Below the pieces are notes generated by a model. The model had not been told where the DNA came from. It was given only the letters and a program-made list of their open reading frames with translations, and did not search any database. Both the position numbers and the translations under genes were made by a program. Source: Azolla caroliniana (taxonomy: Eukaryota > Plantae > Polypodiophyta). Taken from it: DNA of 64,000 bases. Position 1 is the stretch's first letter. The number at the start of each line of letters is the position of its first letter. Where the stretch lies: contig JBHGNT010000005.1 in assembly GCA_043228905.1 (NCBI GenBank), positions 2,790,001-2,854,000 of the forward strand, given 5' to 3'. This document shows positions 11,899 to 24,100 of the stretch, in pieces.

Positions 11899-14263
11899 AG
11901 AAAACCCTTCTTGAGAGCTATAAATAAATCCACATCAATCTCCTACCAACTAGTCATATATCCCTACTTCTTTTTGTGATCTCTTTTCCCTTTTGGCCAC
12001 CTTCTTATCAGCCATCTATATTTGAGTGATATCTCTCCAATTGTATCTGTTTAAATTTGTATACCATATTTTGGATGTTACATGTGAGGATAATGCTGTT
12101 TTTTCCCTTTCAAGATCTGGCCAGAGAGAGACGAAAGATATTAGAATTGTGGTTTGTTTTATGAATCAATGTGAAATCATACATGGCCTTGTGACAAGGT
12201 CTCAGTTTTTTTGTTTGGGATAGTAACTGACTAAAGTCAATCACTAATGCTGTTTTTTTCCCGTTCAAGATCTGGCCAGAGAGAGATGAAAGATATTAGA
12301 ATTGTGGTTTGTTTTATGAATCAATGTGAAATCGTTACTTGTCCTTGTGACAAGGTCTCAGTTTTTTTGTTTGAGATAGTAACTGACTAAAGTCAATCAC
12401 TATAGCATCTTTCCATTATTACATTACACATGGGCTTTTGTTTTGTTAGCAAAATGTTTTGAGGAGATTTTCAGCTGTAATAAATTCAGAGAATCATGAA
12501 TATTTAGAGTGACCATCTTTATATACATCATTCTCAGATGTGAATACTACTGTCGATTTCACAGATAAATGTTAAATGAACATGCTTGTAGTTGCCATTC
12601 TAATACTCTGGGGGTTCAACTTCAAATGCAAGTGCACTTAATATATTGATGATTATAACATTCTGTGTGGATCACACACAAATTTGCCATTCTAATACTC
12701 CATTTATTGAACTACAGATGTGAATACTGCTCAGTAGAGTTCACACTCAATGTCAAATGCACATCTGATCAAACATTAGATGTAACAAGCAATGACCTAA
12801 TTCCTACTGAGCAGCAATATCCAGTATATCCAGTGGGCTTCCATGATCGGAATGAGTACGGAAATTTTGGAGATGAGTCTCCAGATCAGAGGTGCGATTT
12901 ATTTTGAGCATGATGTTAGAATGTGCATATCTGACATTTATGTACAAAAAAAAACCAACATGAAGGGCTGCATCCTTCTGTAGACACGCGCATATACTTG
13001 CATTTTTCTTCACACTCAGCCATGAAGTCAGAGTGTTTATAATAGCTGTGATAATGCTGAAAGACTTTAATTATTGGAAGATATGACATATCAATGCACA
13101 GATAGTAACAGATAATTGGAAAAGATATGACTACAATATAGATGAATTTATTATCTATATTGTGATATGACCCACTTTCCTAAAATATGTAGAATATTGT
13201 ATCATGCATGTGTATATATATATATATGAATGTATAGTGTGTGTCTATCACTTACTGTGCAGGCATGAGATATCTATACATGATATGAATGTGCATTTTA
13301 TGAATCAGTTCACTTTTTGATTTTCTGGCATTACAGAACTTCAAAATGGAATGACAATTTGTTGTGTGCATAGCACTTATTGTGCAGATGCGAGATATCT
13401 ATAAATGATATGAACATGCATTTTATGAATCAGTTACCTTTTTGATTTTGGCATTACAGAACTTCAAAATGGAACCACGGTTTCTTGTGTCTCCTGTCAT
13501 TCGGATTATTCATTTAGTGATGCATATCATGACACAGGGTGGATATTCTGTGCAAAAAGCATATGAAAATTTCATAAAAACTTCCAAAAGGAAGAGGGTG
13601 AGTACTTTTGACCCATTTCTGACTTTTTTGTCCATTTTGTTCTCAATTTCTACAGGGGCATTCTGATTGTGAAACTCAGGCGTGGACAAGAACTGAAGTT
13701 GCGAGCCATTGCAAGGAAGGGCATTGGTAAAGATCACGCAAAGTGGTCTCCTGCTTCAACAATAACTTTTCAGTTCGAGCCTGAAATTCATATCAATGAA
13801 GCACTGATGGAGACTCTTACACTAGAGCAGAAGAAAGAATGGGTTGAAAGCTGCCCTACAAAAGTATTTGACATTGATCCAAATACTCACCAGGTTAGCC
13901 AATACCTAGATAGGTTTATTAATTCTTCCCTACAGTGAATCTAGATAAGGCAAATAAGCTCTTTTATTTTTATATCCATTTCTACAGGTGGTGGTGGTTG
14001 ATGCAGAGGCATATGCGTATGATGATGAGGTGATAAAGAAAGCTGAAGCGATGGGGAAACCTGGTCTTGTAAACATAATAAGCAGAGAAGATTGTTTTAT
14101 TTTCACCATTGAGTCGACGGGAGCCTTGAAAGCATCGGAGATGTTCTTAAATGCTATTGATATTCTGAAGGCAAAGCTTGATGCAGTTCGACTATCAATG
14201 GAAACAGAGGAGAATGATGATCAATTTGGAGAATTGGGTGCACATATGCGTGGGGTCCTCTAA
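10564..14263 (+). CDS. NRPB3: DNA-directed RNA polymerase II (IV/V shared) subunit 3, about 327 aa
   Basis: In-frame exons 10564-10859, 12718-12891, 13656-13893 and 13988-14263. Motifs: [33 protein letters not shown], the zinc site [39 protein letters not shown] and [13 protein letters not shown]. Confidence 0.96.
11861..11896. repeat. (GA)n microsatellite in RPB3 intron 1
   Basis: Directly visible. Confidence 0.9.
12091..12400. repeat. Tandem duplication of about 155 bp in RPB3 intron 1
   Basis: Units 12091-12244 and 12245-12400 (taatgctgttttt...ctaaagtcaatcac) are highly similar. Confidence 0.92.
13250..13473. repeat. Tandem duplication of about 120 bp in RPB3 intron 2
   Basis: cacttactgtgcag...ggcattacagaacttcaaaatggaa occurs twice. 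Confidence 0.85.
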
Positions 14264-15550
14264 ATCATTCATTGTGAGTTGAATTGTTTTTCATATTCTA
14301 TGCACAAATTGTAAGTGTGGAAGAGTTACTAATATATAGTGCTGATGGAGTAAGGCCAAGTGCTTTTTGTCTTATGCTTGGCGTCTGGTCATCCTTTTGT
14401 TATATGCAAAGGTATACATAGTGTTAGGATAGTTAGGAGCTATGGGCCAGATGGGATTTGGCAAAAGCTCACATGTAAAACTTTGTAGGCCTAAGATTTT
14501 TTGCTCTGATTCAATTGTTATAAATGTTATAGCTTGACCAGTTTATTGGTTTATAACTTTGTTGTTCGCTTGAAGTCAGGCATAAACAATCGTTGTAATA
14601 TATAAATGTGTTAGGGCTAAGCTAATTAAGGTTTTTAGCCATTGACTGTTTTATTGGGTTTCCTGGTGTAATTTCACTTCTTGGGTGGTGTTGATTCATC
14701 ATGTGAACCTGAGTATTTAACTTTGTTGCTCTTTACGATCATCAAAACAGTAATATTTGCGAAAACTCACAGATATTGGAAAAACACTGAATATTTCACA
14801 TGGCGACTTTTGTGAATGGGGATATTTTAGGTTGGGGGTCATTGCTGTGTAAGTCACTTCCTACAGAATTGAAACATTCTTCAATAGCACCTAGTTTATT
14901 TATAATAAGCATTGCATACATCTTACATCAGATTAGTTTTGTATCCTATTTGATAGTGTTCACTAGCACCTAGTTTGTTTCAATTAAGGTGAGCTTGACA
15001 TATCTCTTGCATGGCATTAATTTGTGTATTTATTGATTGCTTTGGACTGTGACATGGTCACTTGACTGTTGGTCTTATTGTTTTGAAATTTGAAAGATAA
15101 AACAAAGAGTTCTAATGCTAGTGCATGAAGTATGTGCTTGGAGATTGTAGGAGTGTTTTTTCCCATCCTTGGTCAATGCATCATTCTAACAATTTTTCAA
15201 ATGCCAACATATGATTGAACTTATGAATGGATGATCCCAACAATTCAATCATGTTTTTGGATGCCTTAGTATTTCAACTTATGAATGTATCTTGGGAGGT
15301 CTTTCATTAACTTAACCCTTGAAGATATTCGTATAATTCTTGTCCTCTATACTGCAGAATATGTTGGTAGAACTTGTATTACCTCGAAGAAATCTGCCTT
15401 TCGTAATTGACCCGTATTATTCTCAAACTTCCAATATTTGAGACCGATATTATCTTGATAGGATTTTGATATTCAGAAATATCGAGTTATGAAACATTAG
15501 CAGCGCCAATTAAATTAATTGGGGATTGGTTAAAGGTGTAAAGTAATAGT

Positions 15551-15814
15551 CATAGTATGAACCATACACACCATACCCGCATTTGCATTCTCGATTGTTT
15601 CAATCATTCGAGTATATGGTAAACACCCTCGAAGAATGATAAATACCATACTTTGGATTAACTATTTATTATGAGGTAGATAAACCTAAAAAAAAAAGGG
15701 GAAAAAACAAAAAACAAAAAACAAACACAAGAATGTTTGAATAACATTTGCATTCGTTTTCCAATGTAGCAAAACGAATGTTATGCTAGACGAACACGAA
15801 ATTTACGTACTATG
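15551..15814. mobile_element. hAT-type MITE, family copy 1
   Basis: TIRs CATAGTA...TACTATG and a perfect 8-bp TSD GTAATAGT (15543-15550 and 15815-15822). Homologous copies lie at about 30.3 kb and 43.8 kb. Confidence 0.88.
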
Positions 15815-15859
15815 GTAATAGTATTGGAATGTTATATCATTAAGATTTTGCCTTACGCA

Positions 15860-16950
15860 TAAGGTGCTTATTGTGTTGCTTTGTACACATGATAAATCTT
15901 GATTCTTTGGATCTTAGTCACATGTCAATATCATAGTTATGAGAGAGTGCTATAGCAATGCGGTAACGGTCATATATGGGCTAAGGATTCACAACTTTAT
16001 TTCTAATGAAGATGCACTAGCCATCAATAGTGTTTAAATAACACATTCGTTTTCCTCACAAAAAGGTATTTGTTGATGAAATGATTGTGATACAGGCCAA
16101 AAGCTTCATGTTTTGGCTCATATGAAGGTAATTGCCATGACCATCTTAAAAGCTTTGCCATTTCTTTTAAGTGTTTACTACTTCATCATGCTTTACCTGT
16201 AACAAACTTGAAGACATGCAAAGTATGCGATGAAGGCATGGTAGAGGATGAATGTCACTTGCTCTTCACATGCTCGACATATAGTGCAATTCGTTCAAGA
16301 TATGCTGACATACTAAGAGGGAGTGATAACTTAAGTGCCATACTTAAGCCACCACTGAGAAGGTTGAGCTCATATGTGTATGCTTTATTCACACATAGAG
16401 ACTTTGTGCTTCAATGTATGCATACCCCTTCTTAGGAAGGAGACACATATCAAGAACACATGTATACTTTGGTCTCATAGGTCAAAATTGGCCTCTTTAT
16501 GGACGATAAAAATTCTAATTCTAATCTAAAAGGACAGGTTGATGATCACCACTGTGTGTGTTGCCAATTACAGGATGGGTGTCTTACAACGCAATGATTT
16601 CTAGGTATGTGCGGAAAAATAAAGGTTTCTCAGCTCTGCACAACCATGATGTTTGATATGTGCATGTATTTTAAAGGTGGAAACTTGGAAGAAGTATTCA
16701 CTGACTTTTCGAAGCAACATAATCAAGATGTGGTGTCTTACAACACAATGATTTCTGGGTATGTGGAAAAATAAAGGTTTTCCAGCTTTGAAACCTTTGA
16801 GGAGCATATATGTGTAGTTGGTTAACCTTATTGATAGCATGTAGATGCTTTGGCAATATAGATATGGGGAAATTGTGCTCGAATGAAGCTATGAAATTGG
16901 ATCTTGATACAATTGCAGGATATGCATTGATGTCAAGCATGTATGCAAAA
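15860..16950 (+). pseudogene. Degenerate PLS-class pentatricopeptide repeat (PPR) gene with an E-motif, interrupted by a LINE fragment
   Basis: Translated fragments VSYNAMISRYV (about 16580), DVVSYNTMISGYVE (about 16727) and WLTLLIACRCFGNIDMGKLCSNEAMKLDLDTIAGYALMSSMYA (16819-16947, E-motif-like). Stops and frameshifts lie between them. The 5' boundary is approximate. Confidence 0.75.
16205..16528 (+). mobile_element. 5'-truncated non-LTR retrotransposon (LINE) 3' end
   Basis: C-terminal CCHC finger CKVC...EDECHLLFTC, a stop at 16435, a short 3' UTR and an (ATTCTA)n-type microsatellite tail at 16512-16528. Such tails occur in RTE/RTEX-like LINEs. Confidence 0.8.
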
Positions 16951-17624
16951 AGTCATATAGTGGAGGTTATATATCTCCTAATCATCTCTCATTTTGGTAA
17001 AACAAGTGGGTTGTATTTTGTAGTCAATATGTATTTTAAAACTAATGGAAGGATATATTGTTTAGAAAATAATAATAATCTGAAAAGCTTTACAATGCTT
17101 GTATGAAGGTAATTGTTTGTGATATCTTGAGGTTTGTATGGATTGACATTTTTAGAATGAACAATAGCCCAAGTCTCAAGGATTTATTTCAATATATGTA
17201 TCATGGTTTAAGTGTTTAGTTTGTCCTCCACATGGTATTAACTCCATGTATCTAGACTAGGTCATTAAAGTCATAAAGGAGACATTGACCTAGCCTAAGA
17301 GGAGAAGCAAATTGGTGTCCCCAGTTTTAGGAAGTAAAGTGGGAAAACTATATGACTCTTTATGTTCAGAGTGAGACTTTAGATTTAGTCACCATTAAGT
17401 ATAGGTTCACATATTCGGGGCAAAGCCAACCTTGCCCGCACACTTTAGAGAGTCACCCATTTTCTTTTCTCTTTTCACTATTCTTGCAACCAAGCACAAT
17501 ATACTAGGTGTGCACTTTGATGGTGATGAAGAATGGTTTGCATTTATAAAAAAGGAAGGATAAGTCTCATGGTATGGTTCTTGCGATAGATATACATTTG
17601 GCCAAATGGAGAACGTACTTTTCG

Positions 17625-17627
<3 letters not shown>

Positions 17628-17669
<42 letters not shown>
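17628..17669. repeat. (CA)n microsatellite
   Basis: Directly visible. Confidence 0.95.
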
Positions 17670-17676
<7 letters not shown>

Positions 17677-20435
17677 AACATTCACAGGAAGCATCTCGTT
17701 CAATTCACAGGAAGCATCTCGTTCAATTCTCGTTCAATTCTCTAATGAACGTAGAGTGAGCTAGTTCCCACCATTTAGGCAATAAAATATGTTGTTAATG
17801 TTACAATTGTTCCACTACTAACTATTTTGTCAAGAATGTAGATGGATTCAATTGGCATTAGTCAAAGCCGATTGTTTTATTGTCCTATCATACAAGGGCT
17901 AATCAAGCATCTTTTCCATGTCCTCATGTGGTTCAACGTGTAAAAGACATGACTATGTCTTTTTCAGTGACAAACAAATAACAGTACACATGCATACACT
18001 TTTGGATTGACCGTGTTTTCTTTTTGTGGTGTAGGATTTCACGAACACTACACTTCGTTTTACGTGTATTCTTGGTGTAGTTTGAACATATATAGAGGAT
18101 ATGGAATGATGCAACAAAGTTGTACTTTCCATTGTGGTGGCACTATACATACATGCATGCATGTGTGTGTGTTAGAGATGCCATTTGCAAGATTGAAAAA
18201 TTGAAGTAACAATATGAAATCTTGTTATGAGTACAACATTCAATATGTAGTTTGTTTGCAACTTCTTGATATATCTTGCCAAATAAATAATGTTGATCCT
18301 ATTGGTGAGAAATAGTTCACTTTTTTGCATGTTTCGTATGTTCTAATAAACAATTTCAAGTATTTATTTATAAATGCCTACTAGTAGTTTTCTCATACTT
18401 CTTAGAGAAGTTTGATTTTTCTTTTATAACCCTAGAATCATTTCTCTTTTAGATCTATGACTAATTATAGAAGTAAATCATCTTACAACCCTAAAATCAT
18501 TTATCTTTGAAGAGAGAGCATATCTATTTTTCCAAAAGACCTAGTTCACGAAGCGAGGTAAACATCATTGTTACAATTATACAAATAACCCCTAGGAGGC
18601 AATAGCCTAGAGAATGTGACAATCTAGATAGGAGCCAATAGCCCTCAAAGTCTCTGATTAGGTGCTTCATGTAACACCCTAGACGAAATCAATATCTTGT
18701 TATTTACCACTAAGGTCATCACACAACCCCAAACACTTATTTCTAATTTAAATGCATGATGGGTTTTTATTGTACCTAGGTTTATGGTTTGAAAGATTTG
18801 GAGATTTTGGTTGTTCCTTTAAACTTGTCAAGGAGTAGTATAGAGCAAAAGTCAGTCTCATATGAAGGACATTTATCGTTCCATGGATTCCCAAAATGTT
18901 TTGTAGGTCATAATTATAAACAAAACATAGTTTACCTCAAACCTTGAGCATGTTCTAAAATGACATGGTTATAGATGCAATGTGACTACTTAATTCCATG
19001 GAATTGGCAAATTCTAAAACCCATTTGACAATTGCAAAAAGTCTTCTTGGGGATCAATAAAGCCTTTTTTATGGACGAATGTTCATGCATTGACAAATTG
19101 AATCTTCGAGACATAACAAAACATGTCGTGTTTGTTAGTTAGTGGGAGAACCTCTCACGAGTTACAACCATTGTTACCAAATCCGAATATGTAGTGTCAA
19201 TTGTAAACCCTTGTTGCCAAACCTAGACGTATATCTTGTAATTGAACTTGTATTGATAAAGGTAAAGTCTAGATGTTGCAAGGGAAATCTAAAAACCAAA
19301 ATCTTTAATCATAATTATTACCATTCACCCTCTTATCTTTCTATGCTCTTTTTATAATTCATTAAATGCTACCAACCATGCTAAATGGATAGTGAGGAAC
19401 AAGATGTGTATAATACAATTAGGTGATTGAAGACCTTAAGTCTATCAAGTAGGGCACATGGTATATATTCGAGTTTGTCCACGTATCTCTAGACACCAAG
19501 ATCCCTTTAAACATAGGTTAGACTTTATCCATGTATCTTTAGGAACAATGGCTTTTAGATGTAGGCCACAATGTATCCATGTAGTTGTAGAAACTAAGTC
19601 TTTTAGGTGTAGGTTATAGCTTATCCATGTAGCCTAGGCACATGGGACATTTTAGTTCGGGTTAATAAATAGGCATTAGAGAAAACACCACAATGTGGAC
19701 ATTGACACAATCGACATTGCACCCATGGTTTCCCCTTGACTGAACTCTCATAGTTCATCTTTTGTATTTCCCTAATGATTATATTAAGCACAATGTTGTT
19801 ACTCAAATAAGGTATTAAACTACGTGTATATAAATCTTGACAAAGGTTCATGTGTGTGCATATATTCTATTGAGCATATGAGTCTCTAACCGAAACCTGT
19901 GTTTTTTTACTAGTTTCATTCTTTGTCCTTATGTAAACTGGAAAAACGTTTTATCTCCATAAGACTAGATTTTCATGAAATTCAGTACACCTAAAAACGG
20001 GTCCATTAAAAAGTTGTATTTTGATTGGTTGAAAAGACGTGCGTTCAAGAGCTTACTAGGGTGTGTATGTGTATGCATATATTTATGGAAGATCCTTATG
20101 GTACACCTTTGAAAATGACTAAAGCTTCGTTTCATGGAAAGTAAGCGATTAAATAATAACAAACATCGAAAATAATGCTCTTCATGTTTTGTGTTGGAGC
20201 CGGTAATAATTGATGCAAAACTATTTCCCAAACGTCGAAAAATGAGTTTGTCTAAGAGAAAACTGTAGGCTATAATTGTCGAACAGCAAGTGACAAAAAT
20301 AACAACATCAAAGACAAATTATATACATGGGTTGGAAGCAAGTTTTGACACGATGATGCGGAGCCCTCGAGAGGAGCTTAGGAGCTTATGAGTGTGTGAC
20401 CGGGCTATCGGAGCTTCAAGGGGAACATCTCATCT

Positions 20436-20460
20436 ATACATACATACATACATACATACA

Positions 20461-20491
<31 letters not shown>

Positions 20492-20576
20492 TGTACATAC
20501 ATGCATGCATACATACATACATGTATGTAAGTTTTAAAGAAAGAAAAAGCAAGCATATACATTGTAGAAAGGATAT

Positions 20577-20634
<58 letters not shown>

Positions 20635-20820
20635 GAGAGAGAGGGAGAGAATGTTGAAGTGCCTATTAAGAAACTAGAGAAGAAAAACAGAGAACTAAAT
20701 TTAAAATTCTTACTCATAAGATAGATAGCTACAGTCCAATTATCAATACATATACATATACTGTATACATATACATATACATATACATATACACACACAC
20801 ACATCAAATACATACATACA

Positions 20821-20850
<30 letters not shown>
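20436..20850. repeat. Compound microsatellite cluster (TACA)n/(CA)n/(TACATA)n
   Basis: Directly visible. It explains the spurious HT/VC/MYVC ORFs here. Confidence 0.93.
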
Positions 20851-20854
<4 letters not shown>

Positions 20855-20930
20855 AATAGATTAATTATATAACATATATCTAAATAAATAATAAATAAAT
20901 CTTTATTTATATATATTTAAAATCTGTTCC

Positions 20931-20962
<32 letters not shown>

Positions 20963-21121
20963 ATCACTCTGTTTTCTTCTTCATCAGATTTTCTTCATTT
21001 CTTCCAATAATCCTTCTGTAATTAGCCCTAATCTCTCTCTTTCTCTCTCATCTAATTTCCATTAATCCATTTCTTACTAGACTTGCTCTTTATCCCTCTT
21101 TCTAAATCCATCTCTCTTAAT

Positions 21122-24100
21122 ATGATCCCTAATTACCACCGCCATCATCGTCATCAGCAGCGGCAGATGATTAGCCATGGCAGTAGGAGCTTTCATCATG
21201 ATGATCCATCGTATCTAAACTCAGGTATTAGTTGTATGGCGATGAATACATTCCTAGCAAAACATAATTACACATCAATGGCCCATCCCAAGTCATCATC
21301 AGTCACTTGACACACTGGTAATTAACGACGATCGGTTTGCGTTTGCATTTTCCCTACTCCTATGCCCAATTAATCTTCCTCTTCTCCTAATCACATTCTT
21401 CATTGCTCTGAATCCTCTTTCACTTTTCGTATGCCTAATTATTCTTCTCATTTCATTAATCGTGAGCTCTATGATATGAATATCTGTCATGCTTTGCAAA
21501 CCATATGCTTTATATGTATTGTAATCTTCGCCGTGTCTGGTAATTGTACACTTAATTTCTACTTCTCCTTTTGCTAATCATGTGCTTAATTACTCTTCTT
21601 CTTCTGAATCCTCCTCACGCTAATACTCTGCCTTAATGAACGCACCCTGTCTTCTTCCGCTAAACATGGGATTGCTTTATCTTTCATAAATTTGAATCAT
21701 TACTCTTGGGGGGGAGGGGGGGGGGATTTGATTAAGATGATTAATTACCATCCTAATGATTTGTCTTCTCAGAGTGACATTCTCTTTATTTTGCATTCTT
21801 CTACATAATATACTTATTATAGGAATTGTTAAAACATGATCATGTTACCTTAATTGTTTGAAGGAGAATTATAATATATATGTGGGCGTTTTTAAGAATC
21901 ACGATAAACTTGTCTGAGTGAATAATTATCATTTAATGGTGAATCATATGGTCGGATTGCTTCCATATATTATGATTTTTTCACTTTTCCCATTAAATTG
22001 AGCAATGAATGCTTGTGTGCATGAATACCTCACATTTTTGTAGCCACTTGCTCAAGACTTCCGGTTTGTTGTATGATAATGTAGTAAGTGATGCCTATAG
22101 GGGTAGTACACATTTAATCTAAAATCACTTTTGACCAAAGTTTTAATACAAATTGATTGATGAAGTCTTGGATGATGTTACTACATATAACTCTAGACTT
22201 TTTTAACTTTATAAACTTTTACCATTTATTATCCGAATGAAAGACTCGGTAGATGACTCGGACATTGTTGTGGTGAGGAGCGAGTCGAGCCCCAATGCAA
22301 GGAGGAGTCACCGGTTGGTCACCACGCCTCCCGACCATCCCAAAGCCCGAAGGGAATCCGTATATAGCAAATCTCCTCATCATGGAAGGGAAATATTGAT
22401 GAATTATACAACAGTTATGAAGTGTCATTCTCCATCGTCCAACTCTAGCACACCTAGCTTAATGCACGAGCTTAACAATCCCAATGGCTTTGCAACGAGG
22501 CCATCGTGTAGTTCCGTACGTAGCCCGGAGTATAGTCGTGAATCACTCCACACAACGAATTCCCGCGTGACCAATCTTCTTCATTCATATGGGCATGATG
22601 AAAGGATGTTGCCCGTGACCGGCTCAAAATGGGAGGATGCAGACAAGTGGATTAATGGCAATGGGTGCATTGACTCAAGGCTCAATTATGGTGTGAACAC
22701 ATCTCCTAGCTATGAGAGCTTGCAAACCAAATCACCTCAAAACACACCTAGCTATATTAAAGATAACCATGTAACAAGATCACCCAAGTTAAACATACAT
22801 AGCTTTAATAACGATTGCTTGTTAACGAGATCACCTCATCATATTTCTAACCATAATTCTCACCACCATAATATTAATCCTCAAATTCCTCTTCCTAATG
22901 ATAATGACATAAGAATCAAATCCTATCCTCCTATTCCTTCCCAAATTGTACAAGTAGATTGCATTAATCCCACAACCAAGTCCATAGCCAATATACTAGA
23001 CATTACCCCACTTCCAACTTACATTCAAAAGAAGAAGGGACAACAAAGTAAAATGATTGATGTGAATAAACATATCATTGTCAATCATGAGCTAGAAGAG
23101 AGCAAATTAGTGCATCGATTGCAAAGCGAATACTGCAACTCACTATTATCAAATGAAAATAATGCACAACATCCCCCACATAACAATGCAATGGGAAGGC
23201 AGGTTCCACCACCAATGGAGGAGGAGTATAGGAAAGCACCCTATCGAGATGAGGGATCAGGTACTATTTCGCACACACATACATTGCCATTTCATATATT
23301 GATGCTTGCATTACTTTTGTTTGTAAATAAATAAAGACTTCAAGTCATATCTACTTGTTAACACTTCACATCACATGTTGGGCCCCTCGTCATGACATCC
23401 TAGTATGTGTTATATAAGTTTCCTCCATTGGTGTCTTTTGGACCTTGGGTTCAAAAGTGATAGGAGGCATAATTTATAACTAGAAAATAATTAGCTCTTC
23501 ACATGAGCCATCTTTCACCATCCTCTTCCAAGCAATCTTTCTTAAATAATATGATATTTACACATCAAAACCCCCCCCTTTTTAAAGGAAACCGCTTGTC
23601 CCCCCTTCTCTCCTAGAACTTTTTGTTTTGGAAAATTGTTGGCATATGCTTATCCTTTGCATTGTCACACTATTTGGAGAAGGATTTCTTTTTCGAAGGT
23701 GAAACATCACAATGTTGTTCTTCGTTATGACATCAATGCAACACACATCCCTTTTCTAATGGAAGTCTGTTTGACGATCATGAGAAGAAAAAAAAGTCTA
23801 CGACCCTGTAATTGATGGATGTGTGAGGCAATTGTGTCAAGGACTATATTTCATACATTGCTTTTGTTCTTTTTGCATGTGGATTGATGCCCCTTTATAT
23901 TCCCCCTTCAATGTCTCCATATGAGGAATATGTTTTACTAAGAGAAATGTATAGCATCACGTATTTGACTTATAAATATGATAAATATTTCTCGCCTTTC
24001 AATACAATCCATCCAAGATTCCAATGTGATGTCATGGAAATTAACATCTTAAGTTCATATGAAATTTCAAAAGTAAGACAACATCACTTAGATTGCAAGT

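Noticed and set aside
18400-20300. Possible old transposon remnants (also 2200-3600, 29900-30250, 55920-56830)
   Set aside because: Too degenerate to assign termini, TSDs or protein motifs by eye.
20392-20849. ORFs with HT/VC/MYVC repeats (also 17407-17759, 51904-52144, 55481-55763)
   Set aside because: They are translations of microsatellites.
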